From Macrostomum hystrix (taxonomy: Eukaryota > Animalia > Platyhelminthes), in contig CATNEN010000005.1 in the NCBI GenBank assembly GCA_950097015.1, positions 2,108,001 to 2,172,000 of the forward strand: a stretch of 64,000 nt of DNA. The letters are read 5' to 3'. The notes under the pieces are model-generated. The model searched no databases, was not told where the DNA came from, and worked only from the letters and a program-made list of their open reading frames with translations. A program made the translations under genes and the position numbers. Shown piece by piece: positions 23,500-35,600 of this stretch (its first letter is position 1; each line of letters opens with the position of its first letter).

Positions 23500-26074
23500 T
23501 CAGTGCGCCATAGAGCTAGGAAAATTGGCCTCCAAGCCGTGCCTAGCGCCGAGCACAAACTGAACAGAAGCCAGTAGGACAGCTAGGCCAAACATGAGAT
23601 GAGCAATACCCCAAGCTGTACTAGGCCTCATAAATAGTCTCACACTGGGAGTATCCCATTGGCTCTCGGTCCAGGTGGCGTAGTCGCCAGAGCCGTTCCA
23701 AGAGTCGTAGTCTGAATCGCTGATTGGAGACACAGCTGGCAGGGCAGTGACAGATAATCGAAGACAAGCCCCGGTGATATTAGCCGCTGCGCTGCCAGAA
23801 GTCCAATCGTAGAAGATTGGCAGATTAGCCAGTGTAGTAACATTGGCACTATTCAATGCCAGACAGTCTTGCTTACTGTGAACATTATCGACTAATTGGC
23901 CAGTAGCATTGGACAGCAGTAGATAAGTCAGATAACGTAATTGATTACCGCCTAGGCTAGGCAAAAATCTACTCTGATATTCGTAGATATAAGATCCGAT
24001 AATGCCATTGATATTAGCCGAATAGACTTTCTCTAACCAGGCCTTGCTAACATTGGCGGCAAATATAGCCTGGTCACAGGTGGCATTGCTTTGCAAACAA
24101 TTGGCATAGGATTCCATACGTCTTCTATCAATTGTTACTGGGGGTGAAATCTCTGTTTGATTAGTTAGAAACGCGGCCGCATAGCTAGCCAACCGATTGG
24201 CTAGGTCGGCCAAGGCGTTTGTTACAGAAGCTCTGACTGGTTTGAGGTCGGCAAATGAATGATAATTCGGATTAAGCAGTCCCGTATCGCGCCTATGATC
24301 GGCTAATAGCAGAGCTGGAATCTGTTGCAGTTGAGCGGACGGATTTGAGCCAGGAGGTCTTAGAAAAGTCTGCGTAGACGCTGGCGGCAGCTTCCGATCC
24401 GAGATCAAAGCATCGGGTTTCAATCCCAAGCCTGATAGGCTCGAATTGACAACATACTCTACCATGGGATAAACGTAAGGATCAGTGTAAGCCATCAGCT
24501 GGTCGATGGATTCTAAATTAGCCAATTGTCCCAACTCGATGATGGAGTGAATATGGCTGGCATTAATCTTTGCCGGCTGGCCGGAGGCGCCAAACAAACG
24601 GTTGCCATGGAGATCGTAAACCAATCTCTGACTGCCAATATAATCCCAGCTGTCGCTATTCACAAACACAAGGGCCACATCTCGTTGCGTATTAGTAGCG
24701 TTGTCATGGAGACGGGACGCTAAGCCAGCCAGAGCATTAGCCAGTGCCAGCATGATAGTCAGAGCAGGATTCAGTGTGCTAGAGGCTGGCGAATGTCTGG
24801 CAAACATGGAGAAAGAATCCAAGCGAGCCATGATCAACAGCACGGATTTCTGAGGTCGAACAGCATTGGTTGGCAGAGTGTTGGATCTAGCAGTCCATAA
24901 TAGGCTATAGTCGCCCATTGGTCCGCAGAAATGCGACAACTGGGTGATGGAAGTCAGTGCGGTGATGAGCGCGGTGTAGTGAGGCCTTCGAAGGCAGGCG
25001 ACGGACGAAGCGGCGCCGTGCATTGGAGTGCGCAATTCAACAGCGCAGTGACGGAGGCTAGACTGCTGCCGGGTGCAGTTCTTCATAGTCGATATCTGCT
25101 CAGATTTGGCTAGCAGAGCTACGGGAAATGGCCAGTCTAAAAGTGCAGCAGAAGTGCCGTTCACATTCCAGGCTGTTGGCGACGAATGGGAACCGGCGCA
25201 GTTGCCGCCGCGATTGCCGCGATAAGCGCTGAGACGGTCATTGGGACAGGTGGAGTCCTCCGACATGCTGACTGAGGCTCCGCGTTCGGTTTCCGGGTAC
25301 AGGACTAGAAGACCCTGGCGTGGCAGGATTGGGATAACAGGGTTTTAGAAAGGCCTCATAACTGTTCTACAGTAGCTAATGCAATATCTACAGTTAGTGA
25401 TGCAATATCTACAGTAGCTAATGCAATATCTACAGTAGCTAATGCAATATCTACAGTCGGTGTTGCCGTATCTACAGCTGTTAATGAAATATGTACAGTA
25501 GATTATGCAATATCTACCGTAGCTAATGCAATATCTACAGTAGCGAATGTAATATCTACCGTTGGTGATGCAATAGCTACAGTTGATGATACAATATCTA
25601 CAGTTTGTGATGCAATATCTACAGTTTGTGATACAATATCTACAGTTTGTGATGCAATATCTACAGTTTGTGATGCAATATATACAGCTGGTGATGCAAC
25701 ATCAATGAACCAACCTGCAGTCCACCAGGCAGCGAGTGCAGCTGGGCAGTGTGACTGGCAAACAGGCTGGCTGGCACAGCTAGGACAGTGTCAGCAGTGT
25801 CTGAAGGTGTCAGATTGGCCAGCTCTGCAGGAGTGTCAACAAACAGTAGCCGGCCAACATTGCCACCCATCTTGCTGGAGCAGCCAACCTGATGGGTGCC
25901 ATTGAACCGGCGAACGCACACAGCGTAGGATGTCTGCGGTAGGGTGTAATAGCTGCGATTCGATAAGCGCTCGCCGGAGCTTCGATCTAGATGCAGCAAC
26001 AGCAGCAGCAGCAGCAAGGAAGGAATAAGCACTAGCCTAAACCGCGGCGTGTTTCTTGAGCTGCAGGGGAACAT
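23500..26074 (-). CDS. NCSTN: Nicastrin (gamma-secretase subunit), 2 exons, ~724 aa
   Basis: Exon 1 26074-25715: signal peptide and CVRRFNGTHQVGC. Exon 2 25314-23500: CPN, WDYIGSQRLVYDL, TWTESQW, C-terminal TM helix. The phase-0 junction gives LQ|GLLVLYP. An alternative phase-1 pair (25711/25304) also keeps the frame. Confidence 0.93.
25365..25700. repeat. 21-bp minisatellite (ATGCAATATCTACAGTAGCTA)n filling the nicastrin intron
   Basis: Visible units. Confidence 0.9.
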
Positions 26075-26096
26075 GCCAAAATGACGAGAAGTTACG

Positions 26097-26115
26097 CTGA
26101 AAAATTGATAAATTT
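26097..26115 (-). promoter_or_regulatory. 3' splice acceptor 22 nt upstream of the nicastrin ATG
   Basis: Minus strand AATTTATCAATTTTTCAG|CGTAACTTCTCGTCATTTTGGCATG. Confidence 0.55.
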
Positions 26116-26719
26116 TAAATTTAGCTCTTAACAATAATAAAAATAATTGCAGGAGGGCTGCACAAAAATGTAAACAACTAAATATTAATTTCAGACAAAT
26201 TTGTATCAAATAAAAATGTGATTGCCAAATGTAATTCATAAACAGTGAAACAGTATTTGCGTCAATACAAACTGTTAATTAAAAACTAGGATAAAAAATT
26301 ACTAATAAAAACCTGCTCTTCGAAGCAATTTTTGGTTCTTTAAAACACTGAGACAGCTGGATTCAATTAAAGAAGTAGAACTAAAGAAACTTTTCAATGA
26401 TACTTCTAGTACTAAGTAAAGAATATAATTAACACAATTTACCATCATACTTATGATACAGAAAAAATACACATTTTTAATTTGTATGAATCAATGCACA
26501 ATGAAAGCTGCATGCTTTATGCACGGGTGTCGAATTTCGCTGGAATATGTACTTAATAAAACGCCGATATGTACAAGTGAGGATCGCGATGATAAAAGGC
26601 AATGAACAGCTTTTTATTAGAAAATACTGGAATAATTTTTTTCGATTGGCTTTGATCGTAACACGCTAGATGACCTTGGCACTGGATATGTTATCAAAGT
26701 GAATTCAAGGAACGAGAGT

Positions 26720-27130
26720 ACAATATAGACAAGCGTGGTCAATGGCCAGGCTACATGTACATTGGAGAAGAGATTAAAATGCAAGATACGATAGTCTATG
26801 GCCGGGTTTAAATGTACATTACAATAACGATTTTAATTCAAAAGACGGTAGTCTATGGCCATGTTTAGATGTACATTGGGGTAGAGATTTAAATTTAAGA
26901 GACGGTAGTCTATGGTCAGGTTTAGATGTACATTGGGGTAGAGATTTAAATTTAAGAGACGGTAGTCTATGGTCAGGTTTAAATGTACATTATGGTAAAC
27001 ATTTAAATATAAAAGTCTATGGTCAGGTTTAGAGGTAGAGATACATTGTACATTGGGGTAGAGATTTAAATTCAAGAGACGAGAGTACATCAAGCAAGAG
27101 AAATGATTTATGGTCAGGCATATGAACTTT
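26720..27130. repeat. 57-bp degenerate tandem repeat between OSTM1 and nicastrin
   Basis: GACGGTAGTCTATGG at 26844, 26901 and 26958. Confidence 0.82.
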
Positions 27131-27233
27131 GGAGGGTAGAGATTTTAACTTAGGGGAACGAATTATTTTTCAATAAATATGCGAGGGTCAAACTGAAAAC
27201 GAAAATACATAAAAATATATTACAGTGAATAAT

Positions 27234-30200
27234 TCAGTGATCTGCAGCGGTTGCAGAAGTCGATGCGTTAATACTGCCGCTGACGCTAACGCTGCTGCTA
27301 GCGAAACAGCTAAGCCGTTTTTGACGCAACAGTTTTCTATGCTTAAATTCGCCTTTGCCGCGCGCGCCAACGTAGAATAAGACGGCGGTAATATAGGCGG
27401 CAATGATCAAAGGTAGCGGTTGCAGGCTGCGCAATCGAATGTCGCATTTGAAAGCTTCGCTCCATAGCCGGTGCGTGGCATTCATAGCGTCTACAGCGTC
27501 CATGCACAGACTGTGCTCCGTTTGAGTTGAGGTGCGAGGTTCAGCGTCCGTCAGAGATTGAAATTCAGCACTCAGGGCGGAATAAAGATTGTGACAGTTG
27601 TCGCACACAATGCTGAAATCTGTCTCGTTAGCGATTATTAGCGATGGCAGGCTGAAAATAAAATAATTCTACGTTTTTTTAAGTAAAGTTCTTCACTAAG
27701 CTACTTATAGTAGAATGTATTGATTTTTTTCGAACACCAACCTTGAATAGTTGTTGAAGCATTCGCGTAGTTGCAAAGTGCTATTGAAGAAAGCGTCAAT
27801 TTCGCGACGATACCTGGGCCGACTGGAGCCGTCGTCGTTTGAGAAACAGTTGTCACAATTGCTTCGCTTCCATAGGGATTCTACGAAGTCGCGGGTTCGC
27901 GACAGCACCTAGGAGAGGGGCGGATGTTTTAATTAGTAGGGGCCGGTCTGACGGCATAAGGTTACTTACTTATCTTGAGACTTGTAGCAACTACTTCCTA
28001 CTTCTTATCTATCTCTTCCTTACTTATCATCCATGTCTTTCCCACTACTCATTAATCTCTATCCCACTTAAAAGCAACCTCCATCCTACTTTCCTACTTC
28101 TATAAGCAATCTACATCCTACTTCTCACCAATCTCTTTCCTGCTTCTCATCAATCTCTTTCCTGCTTCTCACCAATCTCTTTCCTGCTTCTCATCAATCT
28201 CTTTCCTACTTCTCATCAATCTCTTTCCTGCTTCTCACCAATCTCTTTCCTGCTTCTCATCAATCTCTTTCCTGCTTCTCATCAATCTCTTTCCTGCTTC
28301 TCATCAATCTCTTTCCTGCTTCTCACCAATCTCTTTCCTGCTTCTCACCAATCTCTTTCCTGCTTCTCACCAATCTCTTTCCTGCTTCTCATCAATCTCT
28401 TTCCTGCTTCTCATCAATCTCTTTCCTGCTTCTCATCAATCTCTTTCCTGCTTCTCACCAATCTCTTTCCTGCTTCTCACCAATCTCTTTCCTGCTTCTC
28501 ATCAATCTCTTTCCTGCTTCTCATCAATCTCTTTCCTGCTTCTCACCAATCTCTTTCCTGCTTCTCATCAATCTCTTTCCTGCTTCTCATCAATCTCTTT
28601 CCTGCTTCTCATCAATCTCTTTCCTGCTTCTCATCAGTCTCTTTCCTGCTTCTCACCAATCTCTTTCCTGCTTCTCATCAATCTCTTTCCTGCTTCTCAT
28701 CAATCTCTTTCCTGCTTCTCATCAATCTCTTTCCTACTTCTCATCAATCTCTTTCCTACTTCTCATCAATCTCTTTCCTACTTCTCATCAATCTCTTTCC
28801 TGCTTCTCATCAGTCTCTTTCCTGCTTCTCACCAATCTCTTTCCTGCTTCTCATCAATCTCTTTCCTGCTTCTCATCGATCTCTTTCCTGCTTCTCATCA
28901 ATCTCTTTCCTACTTCTCATCAATCTCTTTCCTACTTCTCACCAATCTCTTTCCTACTTCTCATCAATCTCTTTCCTGCTTCTCATCAATCTCTTTCCTG
29001 CTTCTCATCAATCTCTTTCCTGCTTCTCACCAATCTCTTTCCTACTTCTCATCAATCTCTTTCCTACTTCTCATCAATCTCTTTCCTGCTTCTCATCAAT
29101 CTCTTTCTTACTTCTCACCAATCTCTTTCCTGCTTCTCATCAATCTCTTTCCTGCTTCTCATCAATCTCTTTCCTACTTCTCATCAATCTCTTTCCTACT
29201 TCTCACCAATCTCTTTCCTACTTCTCATCAATCTCTTTCCTGCTTCTCATCAATCTCTTTCCTGCTTCTCATCAATCTCTTTCCTGCTTCTCACCAATCT
29301 CTTTCCTACTTCTCATCAATCTCTTTCCTACTTCTCATCAATCTCTTTCCTGCTTCTCATCAATCTCTTTCTTACTTCTCACCAATCTCTTTCCTGCTTC
29401 TCATCAATCTCTTTCCTGCTTCTCATCAATCTCTTTCCTGCTTCTTATCAATCTCTTTCCTACTTCTCATCAATCTCTTTCCTGCTTCTCATCAATCTCT
29501 TTCCTACTTCTCATCAATCTCTTTCCTGCTTCTCATCAATCTCTGTCCTGCTTCTCATCGATCTCTTTCCTACTTCTCATCAATCTCTTTCCTGCTTCTC
29601 ACCAATCTCTGTCCTGCTTCTCATCAATCTCTTTCCTGCTTCTCATCAATCTCTGTCCTGCTTCTCATCGATCTCTTTCCTACTTCTCATCAATCTCTTT
29701 CCTGCTTCTCATCAATCTCTGTCCTGCTTCTCATCGATCTCTTTCCTACTTCTCATCAATCTCTTTCCTACTCCTCACCAATCTCTTTCCTACTTCTCAT
29801 CAATCTCTTTCCTGCTTCTCATCAATCTCTGTCCTGCTTCTCATCAATCTCTTTCCTACTTCTCATCAATCTCTTTCCAGCTTCTCACCAATCTCTTTCC
29901 TGCTTCTCATCAATCTCTTTCCTGCTTCTCATCAATCTCTTTCCTACTCCTCACCAATCTCTTCCGGCTTAACTAATCATCATTCTATCTACGACTTCTC
30001 ATTATTTAAATGCAAGAAGATGTATTTATTATTCAGTCCCTAGATTAGCTAAAACGAATTGCTACCTGAACAGAGTCTAGCTGCATGAGATATTTCCTAC
30101 AGTTGGTCCCATCGGTTGCCAAGCCGAGAGCTTTGCCGTCGTTTTTCCTCAACAGATCGTGCAACTGTTGGTATCGGGCTCGACTGCGCAAGCACTGAGA

Positions 30201-30431
30201 GCACATTGTGAATGGCCTGGATGAGCGGCACATACAGTCGGTGAGTTCAGCTCCGGCTTTGCTCAAAGCCAATTGAAACGCTGTGCAATTCATTAGCGAC
30301 GGGATTAGGGTGGGCGCCGAAATAGGCGCCAGCGTTGTGCCGTTCGCAATCGAGGTCGGATTGGTTTCTAAGCCAGACGCAAATGTTGCTACTGTGAGTA
30401 GCAATATTTGCATTTGAATTTGCTCAAACAT
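27234..30431 (-). CDS. OSTM1: Osteopetrosis-associated transmembrane protein 1 (ClC-7 beta subunit) homolog, 3 exons, ~316 aa
   Basis: Exons 30431-30066, 27908-27742, 27651-27234 (phases 0 and 2, 951 nt). Signal peptide, Cys pattern (SSRPFTMCSQC; LWKRSNCDNC; CDNCHNLY), LCMDAVDAMNATHRLWSEAFKC, TM helix and basic tail KHRKLLRQKRL, all as in the OSTM1 family. Confidence 0.88.
28085..29960. repeat. 22-bp minisatellite (TGCTTCTCATCAATCTCTTTCC)n filling OSTM1 intron 1
   Basis: Visible units; the rare CTTA variant recurs 264 bp (12 units) apart, at 29107 and 29371. Confidence 0.97.
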
Positions 30432-30447
30432 GCTTACCACGATCTTG

Positions 30448-30462
30448 CTGAAAATATATTGA
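30448..30462 (-). promoter_or_regulatory. 3' splice acceptor 16 nt upstream of the OSTM1 ATG
   Basis: Minus strand AATATATTTTCAG|CAAGATCGTGGTAAGCATG. Confidence 0.5.
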
Positions 30463-30561
30463 GTCAGGAATATGGCTATCAAAATAGGAAATATAAATTT
30501 ATTGCAGTCTAAAATATTACAAATTAAAGATGTAAAAAAACGTATTAATCTTGACAAGTTA

Positions 30562-31520
30562 AAGGAGTACCAGAGTGACAAACTGAAGGAGTACCAGAGT
30601 GACAAACTGAAGGAGTACCAGAGTGACAAGTTGGAGGAGTACTAGAGTGACAAGTTGGAGGAGTACCAGAGTGACAAGTTGGAGGAGTACCAGAGTGACA
30701 AACTGAAGGAGTACCAGAGTGACAAGTTGGAGGAGTACTAGAGTGACAAGTTGGAGGAGTGCCTGAGTGACAAGTTGGAGAAGTACCTGAGTGAAAAGTT
30801 GGAGGAGTACCTGAGTGACAAGTTGGAGGAGTATCAGAGTGACAAGTTGGAGGAGTACTAGAGTGACAAGTTGGAGGAGTACCAGAGTGACAAGTTGGAG
30901 GAATATCAGAGTGACAAGTTGGAGGAGTACCAGAGTGACAAGTTGGAGGAGTATCAGAGTGACAAGTTGGAGGAGTACTAGAGTGACAAGTTGGAGGAGT
31001 ACCAGAGTGACAAGTTGGAGGAGTACTAGAGTGACAAGTTGGAGGAGTACCAGAGTGACAAACTGAAGGAGTACCAGAGTGACAAACTGAAGGAGTACTA
31101 GAGTGACAAGTTGGAGGAGTACCAGAGTGACAAACTGGATGAGTACCAGAGTGACAAGTTGGAGGAGTATCAGAGTGACAAGTTGGAGGAGTACTAGAGT
31201 GACAAGTTGGAGGAGTACCAGAGTGACAAGTTGGAGGAATATCAGAGTGACAAGTTGGAGGAGTACCAGAGTGACAAGTTGGAGGAGTATCAGAGTGACA
31301 AGTTGGAGGAGTACTAGAGTGACAAGTTGGAGGAGTACCAGAGTGACAAGTTGGAGGAGTACCAGAGTGACAAGTTGGAGGAGTATCAGAGTGACAAGTT
31401 GGAGGAGTACTAGAGTGACAAGTTGGAGGAGTATCAGAGTGACAAGTTGGAGGAGTACCAGAGTGACAAGATGGAGGAGTACCAGAGTGACAAGTGGTGG
31501 GAGTACCAGAGTGACAAGTT
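30562..31520. repeat. 24-bp minisatellite (GAGTACCAGAGTGACAAGTTGGAG)n upstream of OSTM1
   Basis: Visible units; source of spurious ORFs 30559-31590. Confidence 0.97.
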
Positions 31521-32074
31521 GAAGACTTATGAACTTTTTGAAACGCAAAAAAATCGTTTCATAGACTATAGAATGCGGTGCTAAAGACAAAAAAGAAATG
31601 TAAAACTGTCAGTAGAGACTAACTTCAACGGGCAGACCGCAGTAAATATCTATTTATTTTAGTTTTTTGTTCAGTAACGCTGAAATAAATATTATATAAT
31701 ACTGCAAAAATATCAAAGTACATTAGCTACTACTCGTAGTCTCATACATAGCAGAACATCAAGTTTTGGGTAAAAAACAACGAAAAATGTAGGGCTATCA
31801 GGAATGACTAGAGAATTCAAATTGAAAAGATACACGCAGAACAGATAAACAATTATGTACAAAAATATGTTGATGAATTGTTACATAGAAATCTATAGTA
31901 ATGCAAAAAGTCTTTAAAGTTTAATTTATATTGACACAATAACAACAATAACTCGGCATAAAATAGTTTGTTAGCTCATTGTAAATTAATGCTCATTTAT
32001 TGTATCCATCAACCGATATGTATCGAAATACTTCAGGGTGCTGGTTTGAATAAAACATTAGATACAATAGATGA

Positions 32075-32412
32075 GAGTAATGGTGGCATTGGTAAAGTGT
32101 CCGACTCTTTTAAGAAGGGTCCCAAGTTCGAATCCGCGGCCGCATATTTAAAATGGAGCCACGCAAACAAGACTTTTAGTCGTGCTGTCAAATTTTGTCA
32201 CGAAATACCTAAGTCAAGATTATGATAGGATCAAATTTCCGATGGGTCATAATTGAACCGATATGTAGCGAAATACTTATAAATACCGAGAGAAGGGTAC
32301 ACATTTTGACAAAACTGAATTTTTTTGATGCCTAAAAATCAAAGTGACAGTCAGTGGTAACGCTCCCGATTCTTGAGAAGAGGGTACTAAGTTCGAATCC
32401 ACGGCGAGGTCA
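32075..32412 (+). mobile_element. Two degenerate tRNA-like SINE heads
   Basis: AAGTTCGAATCCGCGGCCGC (~32125) and AAGTTCGAATCCACGGCGAGG (~32390); the second matches the family A head junction. Confidence 0.5.
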
Positions 32413-32602
32413 AATATATTTGAGGTGAATGATTGTGGTTTGTGGCTAAAGCTAATGCTCAGGATTATTGAAAAATCTTTAGTTAGAGTCCACACCAATC
32501 CAACCTAAGGTTTGAGTCGATATTTAACAACTACCCGATATGTATAGAAAAATCTGTAATTTTAACAAAAAGTATGTGAAAATCTGAATCTAGTCTGAGC
32601 AA

Positions 32603-35600
32603 TCAAGAAAGGGTGGTATCGACGCTGTCATCACTGCCGCCGAAGTCTGGAACAAAGCCGCCGCTAATTCTAGCTCCGCTGGCTTCATCTAAGAGCCAGG
32701 CGAAACGCCAGCGAAGGCCATCGCGCCTGCTGATCCTGCTCCTACTGCTGCTGCCATAATCGGAAGCCACTGGGCCTAGCAGAAGCAAGTCGCCGCGTCG
32801 ATAATGCAATAAAGGTCGGACATCAGCAGGTGTGGTCGATTCTGATATACAATCGTCGGCTAGTTCAGCAAAGTTCACAGCAGCTCGAACGCAACGCCAA
32901 CCAGTCGGCGGCGAATGCGACGGCGAAGTCGATGAAGCAGCGACGGCGATGCTCGGAAAGCCGCCGGGCTTGCAGTTAGCATCGCCGTTGCCATGGTGAT
33001 TGTTATTGTTGTGGCTACTACTTGAGTTGCTAGTAGCAGCGGGAGGCCCAGTTAGTATCGGCGGAGACTGAGGCTGCAGGAAGAAAAAATAAGAGCATGG
33101 AGCATGGAAAATCTGATGACGGACTTTGAACTCTAGCCATTATTAATTCTCAACTGTAACTCTTTATCACTCCCCTGTCTCCCATCTCTCATCTATATCT
33201 GCACTGTCTCCCATCTCTGATCCATCTCTCCACTGGCTCCCATCTCTGATCTATCTCTCCACTGTCTCCCATCTCTTATCTATCTCTCCACTGTCTCCCA
33301 TCTCTGATCCATCTCTCCACTGTCTCCCATCTCTGATCTATCTCTCCACTGTCTCCCATCTCTTATCTATCTCTCCACTGTCTCCCATCTCTGATCCATC
33401 TCTGATCTATCTCCCCACTGTCTCCCATCTCTCATCTATCTCTCCACTGTCTCCCATCTCTGATCTATCTCTCCACTGTCTCCCATCTCTGATCTATCTC
33501 TCCACTGTTTCCCATCTCTGATCCATCTCTCCACTGTCTCCCATCTCTGATCTATCTCTCCACTGTCTCCCATCTCTTATCTATCTCTCCACTGTCTCCC
33601 ATCTCTTATCTATCTCTCCACTGTCTCCATTCTCTGATCCATCTCTCCACTGTCTCCCATCTCTGATCTATCTCTCCACTGTCTCCAATCTCTTATCCAT
33701 CTCTCTACTGTCTCCCATCTCCTATCTCTCCACTGTCTCCCATCTCCTATCTCTCCACTGTCTCCCATCTCTGATCTATCTCTCCACTGTCTCCCATCTC
33801 TTATCCATCTCTCTACTGTCTCCTATCTCCTATCTCTCCACTGTCTCCCATCTCTTATCTATCTCTCCACTGTCTCCCGTCTCTCATCAATCTCTCCACT
33901 GTCTCCCATCTCTGATCTATCTCTCCACTGCCTCCCATCTCTCATCTATCTCTCCACTGTCTCCCATCTCTTATCCATCTCTCCCCTGTCTCCCATCTCT
34001 CATCTATATCTGCACTGTCTCCCATCTCTGATCCATCTCTCCACTGGCTCCCATCTCTGATCTATCTCTCCACTGTCTCCCATCTCTTATCTATCTCTCC
34101 ACTGTCTCCCATCTCTGATCCATCTCTCCACTGTCTCCCATCTCTGATCTATCTCTCCACTGTCTCCCATCTCTTATCTATCTCTCCACTGTCTCCCATC
34201 TCTGATCTATCTCCCCACTGTCTCCCATCTCTCATCAATCTCTCCACTGGCTCCCATCTCTGATCTATCTCTCCACTGTCTCCCATCTCTGATCTATCTC
34301 TCCACTGTCTCCCATCTCTTATCTATCTCTCCACTGTCTCCCATCTCTGATCCATCTCTCCACTGTCTCCCATCTCTGATCTATCTCTCCACTGTCTCCA
34401 ATCTCTTATCCATCTCTCTACTGTCTCCCATCTCCAATCTCTCCACTGTCTCCCATCTCCTATCTCTCCACTGTCTCCCATCTCTGATCTATCTCTCCAC
34501 TGTCTCCCATCTCTTATCCATCTCTCTACTGTCTCCTATCTCCTATCTCTCCACTGTCTCCCATCTCTTATCTATCTCTCCACTGTCTCCCGTCTCTCAT
34601 CAATCTCTCCACTGTCTCCCATCTCTTATCTATCTCTCCACTGTCTCCCATCTCTGATCTATCTCTCCACTGCCTCCCATCTCTCATCTATCTCTCCACT
34701 GTCTCCCATCTCTTATCCATCTCTCCACTGTATCCCATCTCTCTTCTATCTCTTCACTGTCTCCCATCTCTCATCAATCTCTCCACTGTCTCCCATCTCT
34801 GATCTATCTCTCCACTGTCTCCCATCTCCAATCTCTCCACTGTCTCCCATCTCTGATCTATCTCTCCACTGTCTCCCATCTCTTATCCATCTCTCTACTG
34901 TCTCCCATCTCCTATCTCTCCACTGTCTCCCATGTCCTATCTCTCCACTGTCTCCCATCTCCTATCTCTCCACTGTCTCCCATGTCCTATCTCTCCACTG
35001 TCTCCCATCTCTTATCCATCTCTCTACTGTCTCCTATCTCCTATCTCTCCACTGTCTCCCATCTCTAATCTATCTCTCCACTGGCTCCCATATCTCATCT
35101 ATCTCTCCACTGTCTCCCATCTCTAATCTATCTCTCCACTGGCTCCCATCTCTGATCCATCTCTCCACTGTCTCCCATCTCTTATCTATCTCTCCACTGT
35201 CTCCCATCTCTTATCAATCCCTCCACTGTTTCCCATCTCTGATCCATCTCTCCACTGGCTCCCATCTCTGATCCATCTCTCCACTGGCTCCCATCTCTCA
35301 TCAATCTCTCCACTGTCTCCCATCTCTGATCTATCTCTCCACTGTCTCCCATCTCTTATCCATCTCTCTACTGTCTCCCATCTCCTATCTCTCCACTGTC
35401 TCCCATCTCCTATCTCTCCACTGTCTCCCATCTCCTATCTCTCCACTGTCTCCCATGTCCTATCTCTCCACTGTCTCCCATCTCTGATCTATCTCTCCAC
35501 TGGCTCCCATCTCTGATCCATCTCTCCACTGTCTCCCATCTCTTATCTATCTCTCCACTGTCTCCCATCTCTTATCAATCCCTCCACTGTTTCCCATCTC

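Noticed and set aside
26140-26162. 19-nt match to the SINE A 3' end upstream of nicastrin
   Set aside because: Too short to call an element or assign a function.
30559-31590. Leu-rich 343-aa ORF resembling a membrane protein
   Set aside because: Translation of the 24-bp array.
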